This document shows, one piece after another, positions 27,769 through 41,101 of a stretch of DNA of 64,000 bases. The notes beneath the pieces were generated by a model that searched no databases, was not told the origin of the DNA, and saw only the letters and a list, made by a program, of their open reading frames with translations. Numbering within the stretch: the stretch's first letter is position 1; every line of letters begins with the position of its first letter. The translations under genes and the position numbers were made by a program. The DNA lies in assembly GCF_006345805.1 (NCBI RefSeq), contig NC_043022.1, positions 6,138,001 through 6,202,000 on the forward strand. Direction: 5' to 3'. The DNA comes from Octopus sinensis (Eukaryota).

Positions 27769-27818
27769 TTTGTCAAAATATTTTCGTCGCTAAAATCCGC
27801 GACCTGTTCACTGACAAA
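27769..27818 (-). ncRNA. Hammerhead-like motif with G3/C8 swapped core
   Basis: Minus strand reads tttgtca-GTGAACA-g-gtcgc.ggatttta.gcgac-GAAA-atat-TT-tgacaaa. Stem I (7 bp) and stem II (5 bp) are perfect, and stem III is the palindrome aatatt. Confidence 0.65.
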
Positions 27819-28350
27819 AATCCGTGCTGCATATATATATAATATACATATATATATATATATAGAATATCTGGTTATCGAGAGGAGAGATGACCTAGGT
27901 CAGATTGAGGGTATAAGCGGGTGAGTTGCAAGTTATTAAGACAGGAAGCAACTATGGATAGGAAACGAGTTTTTCGGAGCTGGTTTGCATCGAGGCTGGT
28001 TTCTATCTTTTCTCCTAAGACACAGCATCCGTGGTAACACGATCTGAAGCAGTAGTTAAGGTGTTGACTGCATTAAAAATGTAGATTTTACCGAAACACC
28101 TGAAGGAAACATCATAAGAAGCAGGGATTATCTCATTTGATACAACAGAACAGGTAAATGGTAAATATTTCTTTCTTTTAAGGCATGGCTGTGTGGATAA
28201 GAAGTTTGCTTCAAGGCTAAGTGGAACAGGTTCAGTTCCACTGCGTGGCAGCATCTCAGGCTTGTCTTTTTTTTTATAGTTTTGGAGACTGCCCCCAAAG
28301 TTTTGCAAGTGGAACTGGCTGGCAGGAATTATGCCGAAGCCTGTTGCGTG

Positions 28351-28387
<37 letters not shown>

Positions 28388-28574
28388 CACAGACACACAC
28401 ACATGTAGTTTAATTTTGTTCAGTGGTCATTTATAGTTTGGACATTGTGAGGAAAAGTTTCGAGTAGAAGAATGTCTGGGGAATAAAGAATTCTGCTGAA
28501 TGGGAATCATTGCAGCAATTTCTTCTTTCAGACACAATTCTTGTATTGTCTGTAACTGTCTTATCATGACAATT

Positions 28575-29065
28575 CTGTATGTGTGTATGAGGGGGGGGAG
28601 CATGCATATATGTGTGTTTATATATACATGTGTGTGTGTATATATGTATGTATGTGTGTGTGTGTGTGTGTGTATATATGTATGTATCTGTACGTGTGTG
28701 TATGAGGGGGGGAGCATGCATATATGTGTGTTTATATATACATGTGTGTGTGTATATATGTATGTATGTGTGTTGTGTGTGTATGTATATATGTATGTAT
28801 CTGTGCGTGTGTGTGTATGAGGGGGGGAGCATGCATATATGTGTGTTTATATATACATGTGTGTGTGTGTATATGTATGTATGTGTGTGTGTGTGTGTGT
28901 GTATGTATATATGTATGTATCTGTACGTGTGTGTGTATGAGGGGGGGGGAGCATGCATATATGTGTGTTTATATATACATGTGTGTGTGTATATATGTAT
29001 GTATGTGTGTGTGTGTGTGTGTGTGTGTATGTATATATGTATGTATCTGTACGTGTGTGTGTATA
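28575..29065. repeat. Higher-order microsatellite repeat, ~115-120-bp unit x4
   Basis: The anchor gtatgagggggg(g)agcatgcatatatgtgtg recurs four times. Confidence 0.88.
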
Positions 29066-30015
29066 ATTCTGTGGGTATATGTATGTGTGTGTGTGAGTTT
29101 GTTTACATTCCCATAACTTTTTGACAAAAGAGAGCCAACAGAATAGGGACCAGATTCTAAAAGAATAAAGACTAGGGTTTATTTGTTTATTTTTTGTTGA
29201 GCTAAACCCTTCGAGGTGGTGACCCAGCATGGCCACAGTCCATTGAATGAAGTGAGTAAAAAAAAAAGTACGAGACATTAGTGACCAGTGGTCAAGTGAA
29301 TAGATGCATTACTTCAGGCTGTTTCTATTAATCCCGGAGGTGTTAGAACAAGAGATAATGGTTTCGTAGTTGTTAAGAGATTAAATAAATGGTTCTGCCT
29401 CCCCCCCCCCCCGTTCTGAGAAACGGAAAAAAAATTAAGACCAAAAAGATGAGAGAGATTTGTCTGACAGTTGTTAAGTTAAAGTAGATAAACAGAAGAA
29501 AGCCTGTCTAGACAATAGAGACGTACAAAAAAAATATATAATAATACTAATGGTAATTGTATCTCCAAGTCGTTAATTTACTAATGTAATCAATTCTTTT
29601 AACAGTGTGTTCATTATTGATTGCAGGCTACTAATTGAATTGGTGATGGCTTAAGTTTTATTCTTTGTTATTTGGAGAATGGATTAGGAAACCAGATTCT
29701 ACGAAAAGATTTTATTGTTTTTCTCTGTTGCATTTCAGAGAATATTTACCATTCTGTCTTATTTTAATCTGGAGCAAATCTTCACCTTTAGTCTTGCTCC
29801 TGTCTTAGATGATTAATTCATTAAGTCAATTAAGTATATTAATTCATTAAGCATATTAACATTTCTTTAATATTAATTTATTTTGTGGGTCTCCTGAATT
29901 ATTTAAATTTCTAAACTATTCTAATTTTCATACTCCAGCATAATTACAACCTTGAATATTCACATCTTAATTTATTAATCCCTAATTTGGAAAATACACT
30001 GCAAAGTATACTTTG

Positions 30016-30053
30016 CTGAAGAGGTTGCAATAAGACTGAAACATGTCTGGTGT
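30016..30053 (+). ncRNA. Degenerate hammerhead motif
   Basis: CTGAAGA-ggtt...gact-GAAA-catg-TC-tggtgt. The stem I partner acactg (29996-30001) is displaced by a short palindromic insert caaagtatactttg. Confidence 0.45.
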
Positions 30054-31632
30054 TTCATACTTCCTAGCAAAATAAAAACATTAGTCATGAATTGACATTA
30101 TTTTTTAAACTCACAGCATATTTATTTTTAGTTAACTATTTTAATGTTCCTAACATTTAGACATGTGAACCGTAACTTTTGAAGGCTTTGAATATCTCAG
30201 AACTCTCTATCCGAGGAGAGTCCTTGCTCAAACACCAAGACTTAGGGATTCTTGCCTCCCAACAAGTTTATCTCAATTTCTGAATTGTGCAGGCATGGCT
30301 GTGTGTTAGGAAGTTTTCTTCCCAAGCACACAGTTCTGGGTTCAGTCCCAATCGATGGCACCTTGGATAAGTGTCTTACGCCAAAGCCTTGGGCTGACCA
30401 AAACCTTGTGAGTAGATTTAGTAAGTGGAAACTGAAAGAATCCCATATATATCTGGGTGTCTTTTTGTCTGTATTTGTTCTCAACCACTGCTTGGCAACC
30501 AGTGTTGGTTTGTTTGTGTCCCTGTAACTTAGTGGTTCAGCCAAAGAACCTGATGAAATAGGTACTAGTCTTGAAAAATAGTCCAATTTGCATCCAATTT
30601 GTTGACTAAATCCTTCAAGGTGCTGCCCCAGCATGGCCACAGTCCAATGACTGCAACAACTAAAGGATAAAGCATTTCACCATCATCATCATCATTGTCA
30701 TCGGTATCATCATTATCATCATCATCATCACGTGTCCGCTTTCCATGCTGGCATGGGTTAGATGGCTTCCTAACACCAACCACTCCAAGAATGTAATGGG
30801 TACCTTTTATGTGTCACCGGTACTAGTGCTTTAGACTTCCATGCAGTTTCCACCCAGCAAATTTCACTCTCATGGCATTAGACAATGTGAGTTTGTGGTA
30901 GGAGATACTTGCTTAAGCTACCACTCCTTGGTTTATGCAATGATAGTACCTGGAAATAATTCTGCTGTGAAATGAATTCCTGAAACATTCCATCAAATCC
31001 TGTCCCCAAATCGTTGGAATGTCTGTTTCTCTCTGTTTTCCGATCCATCTTGTAAACACCTCCCCCTCCATTCTCACCATGGTATTCTAATTATTATGAA
31101 ATACCTTCGTTTGTTTTGCGTTGTGACATAATATTTGTATTCCGTCATCAAATTTGCACCAAAACACACCTGATGTTTGGATCTCACCTCATTTAAATCA
31201 CCAGATTTTTTTTTCTTTTTGTTTAATTAACCTCTGAAAGAAATAACAAGAATATCAACAAAATTGAAATTTGTGTGTTTGTGTTTTGCTGTGTATATGT
31301 GTGTGTGTGTGTGTGTATCTTTACCGTTGTGTGTGTATATGTGTGTGCAGATGGATATGTATTTGTCCAAATACATACCCATCTGTGATGAGTGTATGTG
31401 CGCAGATGGATATGTTTGTCTGCAAATGTGGTGTATGTGTTTGTGTGTTTGTGTGCATGTCTGTATATGTATATGTGCCATTGTTGTGTGAAGTTTTGGT
31501 TTTATTAAAAGTTTCTCAAAATTATTAAAAATTTAGGTGTAGGAGTGGCTGTGTGGTAAGTAGCTTGCTTATGAACCACATGGTTCCAGGTTCAGTCCCA
31601 CTGCATGGCACTTTGGGCAAGTGTCATCTACT

Positions 31633-32066
31633 AGTTGTAGAGCTAGGCTTCTAGAATCTTCCATAATGTGCTGTTGTGTCTTCTACAAGTTGTAGAGCTA
31701 GGCTTCTAGAATATTCCATAATGTGCTGTTGTGCCTTCTACAAGTTGTAGAGCTAGGCTTCTAGAATCTTCCATAATGTGCTGTTGTGTCTTCTACAAGT
31801 TGTAGAGCTAGGCTTCTAGAATATTCCATAATGTGCTGTTGTGTCTTCTACAAGTTGTAGAGCTAGGCTTCTAGAATATTCCATAATGTGCTGTTGTGTC
31901 TTCTACAAGTTGTAGAGCTAGGCTTCTAGAATCTTCCATAATGTGCTGTTGTGTCTTCTACAAGTTGTAGAGCTAGGCTTCTAGAATATTCCATAATGTG
32001 CTGTTGTGTCTTCTACAAGTTGTAGAGCTAGGCTTCTAGAATCTTCCATAATGTGCTGTTGTGCCT
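31633..32066. repeat. Minisatellite, 55-bp unit, ~8 copies, truncating a SINE
   Basis: Unit agttgtagagctaggcttctagaatcttccataatgtgctgttgtgtcttctaca. It starts directly after the SINE 5' part at 31535-31632. Confidence 0.97.
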
Positions 32067-33361
32067 TATAATGTTCTCTTGTGTCTTCTATAATGTTCTT
32101 TTGTGTTCTATAATGTTCTTTAATATCTTAATAATGTCCTTTGTTTTGCCATCAAGTCTTTATATTAGGATAAAGGCATGGACTGGGGTGGGGGGGAGAA
32201 AATTCCTTGTGTTATTTAGTACAGGCCTCACCCATGTCAACTTATCCGGTCTTTCTCCTAGCATTAATAAAAATAAATTACCAGGCAAGAATTAATGTCA
32301 ATTAAATCGACTCCCACAAAATATTTGCTTTTGTTTCATCCTCATATTATCTTTGTTTTCCTATCATGGAGACATGGATGAATCTCACAACTTCTCTTTA
32401 CTCATCGTGATCCTCCAGCAACAGAGAAATCTGTCCAACTGTTGCTGTCGTATATACATATTGTTTGTACCCCCCCCCCACCGCTCTTTAAATGTTTTTC
32501 CTATCACCAACCACTTGACGACGGTGTGCCACTGGGGGTAATTTATTGTGCCACTGATCCAAGATATGCTGTGTGTGACAGGACTGTCTCTCCTCCCCCT
32601 CCCCCTTTTATTCAAAGTTAAACAAGTTATTTGCACTGTGACCCGTGAAAGTTCATGTCCCCTTTGAGGGTTTTTCTCCCCTTCTTTTTTAACCTATTTA
32701 TTTACTACTGGAGGGCCTTCTTTTCAACAGCCATTTTAACTGTTTTTATACCAATCCACCTGAGCCAGCCCTTGTTTTTATGATAGAAACTTCATGCCTT
32801 AAATTGATTTCATTTAAAATCTTTCATCAAAATTTCACATTTATGATCCAAACACCTGATCAATAAGGACAAATTCATTTCACTAAATTCTTCAAAATCA
32901 ATTGAAACAAACACAGAGTATCTCAACAGAAATATGGTAACAAAGGGGTTAATTCTGTGAGTAACATTGGCATCATGTTGGTCGTGTGTACACAACATGG
33001 GTAGCAGGTAGCTTCCTTGAGAACTGTTTATATAGACTTTCAGCAGATGTGGACGAGTCTAGTTCACCCAGTGTTAACCCTCTTCACACCAACCCACATG
33101 ACACCACCCCTCCTGGTTCTATGACAGTCTCCTTGCTTTAAAATAATCTAAATTAAAACCTTTCCCCAAAATTTCATGTCCCAAACACCAGATTAAAAAC
33201 GAACTCTTTTACTCTTTTACTTGTTTCAGTCATTTGACTGCGGCCATGCTGGAGCACCGCCTTTAATCGAGCAACTCGACCCCAGTACTTATTCTATCGG
33301 TCTCTTTTGCCGAACCGCTAAGTAACGGGGACATAAACACACCAGCACAGACACACGAACA

Positions 33362-33402
<41 letters not shown>

Positions 33403-36400
33403 CGTATATACGATGGGCTTCTTTCAGTTTCCGTCTACCAAATCCACTCACAAGTCTTTGGTCGGCCCGAGGCTATAGTAGAAGATACTTGCCCAAGGTG
33501 CCACAATGTTATTTCACTAACTTCTTTGTTATTTTCAAAATGAATTGAAACAAAATCAGTGTACAGCAACAGAAATATGGTAACCAAAGGGTTAAAGTGA
33601 TCAAAATTAAAACCTTTTGTCTAAATTTCCTGTTAATTTATGTTTCATACACCAGATTAATAACAACCTGTCTCATCAGAAATGTGTTCTCAAAAGGGTT
33701 CAACTGTTGACTGATCAATGTTGGAAATTACGTCAGATTCTTTATGGCTGCATTTTCTGGTGGCATCCAATGTACTTCTCTCGTACTGGTGCCATTGCAC
33801 CCACTTACACTATATAAAGTATCTGGTATTGGGACAAGCCTTAGAAACCATCCCCAAAATGGAATGTTTTGAAGGCGCTGTCACCCCCTGACTGTCAGAA
33901 GGCCAGTGACACTGAATACAGAACAGTCCAACCCATTCTATACAATGGTGGTGACGGCAACGGAAGCAATTACTCTTACAAGGTTTAATTGCACACATAA
34001 TATGTCTCTTGTTCAGTATTATTCTAATTTGGTATTGTTATTGTTGTTGTTGTATAGTGTGTTTATTATGAAATATGTTTGTTGTTTTGAAGACAATAAG
34101 TGTTTTTGTAACACTTTAAGTTGCAAAGTTATTTTCTTTGCAACAACTACAACAACAACAACAATAGTCATTGCACTGAATTGATCTGGAAGTTCATTAA
34201 GGACTGTTAACGAAGTCAGAATGATAATGAGTTGATGATGTGTAATTAAGGTTTGCTTTGTAATAATAGTAGAAGCCACACAGCTTTAGTTACCAGTGTG
34301 TGGTTAAATGGGTATGATTTAGTAGTGGTAGTAGCAGCAGCAGCAGCAGTAGTAGTAATAATTCTTTACAAAAGAGGGTTTACTAAAAACATTGGGGACA
34401 GAAAAGGACAATGTGGGGTTACATAACTGGAAGTAGAAAAATGGTGATGATATAAATTCTAATATAAATTCCGTGAAAGATTTCCTAGGGCTGCTTGAGG
34501 AAACCCCACAAAACCTCTAGGGCAAGTGCCCTCTTCGTATCATTTTCCTTCAATTTACAGACACACATGCTTATGGTGTAGGCCTGTTCACTCGGACCAT
34601 TCTTGGTATATTCACCCACCTTTTAACAAAATTGCTGGGAAAGTGAGGGTAGAATAATAGTAATGATAATAATAATCTTTTCTCCTGTGGGCACAAGGCT
34701 TGAAGTTTTGTGGGGAGGGGCCTAGTTGATTACATTGACCCCCAGTGTTTCACTGGTCGACCCTGGTGAAATTTGAACCCAGAATGTAGTGGCAGACGAA
34801 ATACTGCTAAGCATTTCACCCAGCGTGCTAATAATTCTGCCAGCTTGCTGCCTTAACAACAACAACAATAATAATAATAATAATAATCCTTTCTACTGTA
34901 GGCACAAGGCCTGAGATTTTGGGGTAGGGGTTAAGTTGATCACATCAGCCCCAGTCTTTGACTGGCAGTTAATTTATTGACCCCCAAAAGGATGAAAGGC
35001 AAAGTCAACCTCAGCAAAACTTGAACTCAGAACATAGCGGCAGACAAGCATTTTGCCCAACAATTCTTCCAGCTCACTGCCTTAATCCTCATCATCACCC
35101 ATGCTCTGGCATGGGTGGGATCTTTTCACAAGAGCCGGTGAGGCAGAAGCCTGCACCAGACTTCTGCAACTATTTTGGCAGTGTTTTTACGACTGGATGC
35201 TCTTCCTAACACCAACCACTCAGCAGAGTGGACTTGGTGCTTTTTGCATGGCACAAGCACAGGTGAGGTCAGTTTTGGCAAGGCTTTTACAGCTGGATGC
35301 CCTTCCAAACACCAACCACTTTACAGTGCGGACTGGCTGCTTTTATGTGGCACCTACACTGACAGGGTCACCAAGTACCTTGCAAGACAACAAAAACAAA
35401 ACTTTTCAAGAAGGGCGGGGGCATTGGAGCAGGTGAGGTTGCGTCGGATGATGAAAGGTTATAATGAGATAGAAACAGGTGTGCTACTGCAAAGGAAATA
35501 CATGGTTACCTAACCTGAGGGAAGTGCAGGAGAAGGAGAGAGAGAGAGTAGAATACAGAAAAGTGCCGGGCATACTCACAAGGGATGGGGACCAGAATAT
35601 AAATGGGAAGGGAGAGATATAGATGGTGGCAAGTGCCAGGGCATATCCTTGAGGTTCGAACACCATAATATAAGTGGCAGGATTTGGTGAAGAAAGTGTG
35701 ATTAAAGAGTGTGAAGGAGAGGAGTAAGTGGTGAAAACCTGGGTCTATATAAAGTCAAGGATCTACTGGATAGCAATGATACAGAGGAACAGGGCTGTGA
35801 GGACAGGACTGAGGAATGAGAGAGCTAGGCACTGTGTATGAAGGAGGAAATGTGAGGAAGAGATGTGGAGATGTAGATTGGTTTGTTGGGGTAGTTTTCT
35901 TGTTATGTGTGGATGGAACACACAGGTCGGGTGGGATAACAGATAGCAATGATGCAGTGAGACAGGGCCTGCGAGTGTAAAAAAGGGTTGTGGGCTAGTG
36001 GAGAGCAATGATAGAGTGGCACAGGGCCAAGAGGATTGGATCGGAGGGTGGGAGGTAAGCTTAGTGCATGAAACGGAAATGTGAGGAAGAGAAGAGATGT
36101 AGTTTGGTTTGTTGAGGTAGGGTGTGTGAGAAGTTTTCTTGTTAAATGGGGTGGGACGCACAGTGCTTCTAGAACTCAGTTTCGCTGACATGGGCAGGTC
36201 TTCTCAATAATAATAATAATAATGGTTTCAAATTTTGCCACAAGGGCAGCAATTTTGGGATAGGGGATGTATTGATTACATCGACCCCAGTATTCAACTG
36301 GTACTTATTTTATCAACCCCAAAAGGATGGAATGCAAAGCCAACCATGACAGAATTTGAACTCAGAATATAGTGACGGGTGAAATGCCTCTAAGTATTTT

Positions 36401-36455
36401 GCCCACCATGTTAATGATTCTGCCAGCTTGCAGCCTTAATAATAATAATAATAAT

Positions 36456-36486
<31 letters not shown>

Positions 36487-36822
36487 GTTTAACGTCCGTT
36501 CTCCATGCTAGCATGGGTTGGACAGTTCGACCGGGGATCTGGGAAGCCAGAAGGCTGCACCAGGCTCCAGTCTTATCTGGCAATGTTTCTACAGCTGGAT
36601 GCCCTTCCTAACGCCAACCACTCCGTGAGTGTAGTGGGTGCTTTTTGCGTGCCACCTGCACAGGTGCCAGGCGAGGCTGGCAACGGCCACGGTTGGACTG
36701 GTGTATTTTATGTGCCACTGGCACGGAAGCCAGTCGAGGCGGCGCTGGCATCGGCCATGAGTCGGATAGTGCTTTTTACGTACCACCAGACCAGGGATCC
36801 TGGCTGGTTCTATTCGATTTCG

Positions 36823-36854
<32 letters not shown>

Positions 36855-37077
36855 TAACAACAACAAAAACAACAACAACACATTGTAGTAGAAAGTAAAA
36901 TTGTAAAACAACAACAAAAAGCAAAACAAAAACAGGCCATTAAAAGTGGGGAAGTGCTTTTTCAACGATGATACTTTCTACTTAACTGTTCTTATCAAAC
37001 TAACCAGAGACTATTAATTAACTAATTGGCTACCACTTCCAATAAATAAAACGACTGCATTGTTCGTTTATACCAAT

Positions 37078-37412
37078 GAATGGAATATGAGGTTGTTGTT
37101 ATTGTTTCTTAATTATTCTTCAGAGTTTCTGTATTTTCCTCTGATGGACAAAACTGACCCTGGCCTCTCCAACAACAACAACAACAACAATCCATTGGTG
37201 AGCTGGCGGAATCGTTAGCACACCACGCATAATGCTTAGTGGTATTTCGTCCCCTGCTATGTTCTGAGTTCAAATTACACTGAGGTTGACTTTGCCTTTC
37301 ATCCTTTCGGGGTCGATAAATCAAGTACCAGTGAAACACTGGGGGAGGGGGGGTCGATGTGATCAACTAGTCCCCTCCCCCAATTTCAGGCCTTGTGTCT
37401 TTAATAGAGAGG

Positions 37413-37453
<41 letters not shown>

Positions 37454-37830
37454 AGTGGTAAGATGGCAGAAATGTTAGCACGCCGGACGAAATGCTTAGC
37501 GGCATTTTGTCCATCTTTACATTCTGAGTTCAAATTCTGCCAGGGTTGACTTAGCTTTTTATCTTTTCGGAGTCGATAAAATAAGTACCAGTTACACACT
37601 AGGGTCAATGTAATTTACTTGTCCCCTCCCTTGAACTTGCAGGCCATGTGCCAAACATTTGCCAAACAAAAATCATTATTGTTGTTGTTGGTGTGCTAAC
37701 GATTCCGCCAGCTCACCAATGAATTGTTGTTGTTGTTGGAGAGGCCAGGGTCAGTTTTGTCCATCAGAGGAAAATACAGAAACTCTGAAGAATAATTTAG
37801 AAACAATAACAGCAACCTCATATTCCATTC
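37078..37830. repeat. Inverted duplication with ~145-bp arms (37078-37225 / 37689-37830)
   Basis: The arms include unique sequence plus the start of a SINE, with few mismatches and one (caa)n length difference. Confidence 0.92.
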
Positions 37831-38197
37831 TGTTATCTCTGACTCTTGTAAACTTTACTGTTTATGTCTGCCACAATAAATACAAGGCGGCGAGCTAGCA
37901 GAAGCGTTAGCACACCGGGCGAAATGCTTTGCGGTACTTCGTCTGCCGTTACGTTGTGAGTTCAAATTCCGCTGAGGTCGACTTTGCCTTTCATCCTTTC
38001 GGGGTCGATAAATTAAGTACCAGATAAATTTAGTACCACTGGGGTCGATGTAATCGACGTAATACCTATGTCTGTCCTTGTTTGTCCCCTCTATGTTTAG
38101 CCCCTTGTGGGTAATAAAGAAATAGGTGTGTTTAGAAGTCTGGGAAAATTCATTCACAATTCCTATCCTTTATTTTGTGTTCTCTTTTTTTCCCCAG

Positions 38198-38272
38198 ATG
38201 TTTGAGTTGTTGGAGAGAATGCAGAGTGACAGAATAGATAACCAAAGGTGTGACATGTCAACATTTCACAAG
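38198..38272 (+). CDS. Coding exon: GoLoco/GPR motif 1 (MFELLERMQSDRIDNQRCDMSTFHK)
   Basis: Acceptor tctcttttttttccccag, donor aag|gtaagt, 75 nt, phase 0/0. The peptide fits the GoLoco consensus FxxLxxxQxxRxD(D/E)QR. Confidence 0.92.
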
Positions 38273-38642
38273 GTAAGTCTTTCAAAAAAAACCTTTAAGC
38301 ATCCATCATTTACCTGCCTTTATTGCATTATTTCCTATTGAGACTTGCAAGGTGTGCTTTTCATGGTGGACTGGTTTCATCTAATTGTATTAATGCTCTG
38401 TTGTACACACCTTAATATACTGACAGACCAACTAATAAACACGCGCTAATATGCTGTTTGTCTAAAATACACATCTTTATCAACCGATGGTCTAACAAAC
38501 CCGTTTGAATATATCAAAAGCGCCAAGGTGGTCGGCTGGCAGAGGCATTAGCACGCTGGGCAAACTGCTTAGCTGTATTTCGTCCATCTTTGCATTCTGA
38601 GTTCAAATCCTGCTGAGGTTAACTTGGCCTTTCATTCTTTAA

Positions 38643-38863
38643 CCCTTTACTGTTTGCATTATTCTCCCAAAATTAATCCTTTTTTATCCACATTGTTTTG
38701 AACTAATCATGCCTTATCTTGTAGCTTTGAGATTTTGATGAGGTAGCTGTTAATTTTTAAAACGATATTGTAGGGTTGGTGTGAGAGACCAGATATGGCC
38801 AGTTTGAACATAAAACAGGCAGAATACTTTTGGCCGGATATGGCCGGTTTAAATGCTAAAGGG
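38643..38863. mobile_element. piggyBac-type MITE inserted in a SINE
   Basis: TTAA|ccctt...aaaggg|TTAA; the SINE sequence resumes on both sides. Confidence 0.82.
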
Positions 38864-39456
38864 TTAAGGGGTTGATAAAATAGGTACCAGTTGAGTACTG
38901 GGGTCGATGCAATTGACCAACTCACTGCCCCGAACTTGCTGGCCGTGTGCCAAACTTTGACACCAGTCTATCAAAACTGAGCATTACATATCTCTGTTCT
39001 TTTGGTCCAAAAGGATGTCTTAATTCTCTGAGAGTCTAACATTCACATTTCTTTTGGTGGCCTAGGTGTATATAACATCAGCATCATCATTTAGCATCCG
39101 TTGTCCATGCTGGCATGGGTTGGAGAGTGTGACCAGAGGTGGCAAGCTGGGGAGCTGCACCAGATCCCAGCTTGGTTTGGTATGGTTTCTATGGCTGGAT
39201 GCCCTTCCTAATGCCAGCCACTTTACAGAGTGTGCTGGGTGCTTTTAAGTAACAATGCATGGGCGCTTTTACGTGACACCGCATGGACACATTTATGTAT
39301 CACTGCCATGAGTGCTTTTTATGTGGTGCCAGCACAAGGCCCTTGCAGGTCAATCCTCTCCCCCCATGGAGACCAGAATTAACTTAGCGCTTCTACCATG
39401 GCACACAAGTCTTCTTGAGTACAGCAAGGTGTGTGTATATATATATATATATATAT

Positions 39457-39489
<33 letters not shown>

Positions 39490-39782
39490 TGCCTCTCAAT
39501 AGCTTTATATAAATATATTAAGATTCTGACAAGATCTCAACATAAGTTGCCCTCCTCAAATGCCCTGCCCCTCTGTTAATTCCTTACCTTACGAGTTACT
39601 TGGTTACCCTGCCAGTGCTGGTGCCATCCAAAGATGCATCCAGGCCACACTGTTACGTGGTTGGCATTTGGAAGGGCATCCAGCTGTAAAAAATCATGCT
39701 GAAACCAACCTCGCGTGTTCTGGTGCCATGTGAAGAGCACCGAGTCCATTCCGTGGAGTGGTTGGTGTTAGGAAGGGCGTCC

Positions 39783-40167
39783 GTGGAGGCGCAATGGCCC
39801 AGTGGTTAGGGCAGCGGACTCGCGGTCATAGGATCGCGGTTTCGATTCCCAGACCGGGCGTTGTGAGTGTTTATTGAGCGAAAACACCTAAAGGCCCACG
39901 AGGCTCCGGCAGGGGATGGTGGTGATCCCTGCTGTACTCTTTCGCCACAACTTTCTCTCACTTTTTCTTCCTGTTTCTGTTGTACCTGTATTTCAAAGGG
40001 CCGGCCTTGTCACTCTCTGTTTCACGCTGAATATCCCCGAGAACTACGTTAAGGGTACACGTGTCTGTGGAGTACTCAGCCACTTACACGTTAATTTCAC
40101 GAGCAGGCTATTCCGTTGATTCGGATCAACCGGAACCCTCATCGTCGTAACCAACGGAGTGCTTCCA
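39783..40167 (+). mobile_element. Young tRNA(Arg)-like SINE with TSD, nested in a family C element
   Basis: Head ggcgcaatggcccagtggttagggcagcggactcgcggtc...ggtttcgattccc. 13-bp TSD aggaa(g/a)ggcgtcc at 39770-39782 and 40168-40180. Confidence 0.88.
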
Positions 40168-40835
40168 AGGAAAGGCGTCCAGTAGCCTAGGGTCATTTCT
40201 CTACCAGGCTCCTGTTGACCATCCTTCCCATGCATGCATAGAAGATGGATGTTAAACGATGATGATGATTGCTAGACAGACATATTCAGTTTCTAGTGGT
40301 TTCCCTTCTCCGTTGAAAGACTCTTTCACTGATGGATCTCACTTGAGATAGTAAAGGTGACATGAGTGGTATAATGTCAGAATTAGCACCATTTGCTCAA
40401 TGGCTTTAATGTTAATCTCTCCTCACATCCGTCTCGTCTCTTTTCGTCATCTTCACCAATGACAATCACAAATTTCTTCCCATCTTCGTCTACTCGATGC
40501 ATCCATTATTCATCCCCTTCCGCATCAGTTATTTGCAAAAGATGAGTAGCTATCATTCGTCTCTCAGTTCTCTGAAATATTCTTTAATTAAAACACGATA
40601 TAAAGGGCAGAGAATAGAACACTGGAGAGGTTGGGCCCCACTTAAGAGTTTAACCACACTCTTATGAATATGAACAAAAGTCAGTTGTTGTTTTTGCGTG
40701 TCTGTATGTGGGAGGGTGTGGAGAAATGCAAACTTGACAATCTTTGTAAAGGACAAACCATTTACATGCTGTGATTGGATAGTTGAGTATTTTATTATAG
40801 ATTTATATAATGTGTGTTTGTGTGTAAAATCACAT

Positions 40836-40870
<35 letters not shown>

Positions 40871-41101
40871 AACAAAGGATGAATATTTCATATTGGAGTG
40901 GCCTTCCTCCTTGAACGTATATCAAATTATTTTTTGCTTCATTTCCATTCGACTCCACTATCGAAAAGAATAACTGTTATATATATACACACACATATAT
41001 AGACATGCATATATGCACATATGTAATGAAAACTGTATTTCAATGAAAACTGCATTTCACTCGTGGTCACTTGAGATTTGAAAAAACAAAAAAAATTCAC
41101 A

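Noticed and set aside
39786-39856. tRNA-Arg(TCG) gene
   Set aside because: The tRNA-like head continues into a SINE body flanked by a 13-bp TSD, and the acceptor stem is not intact.
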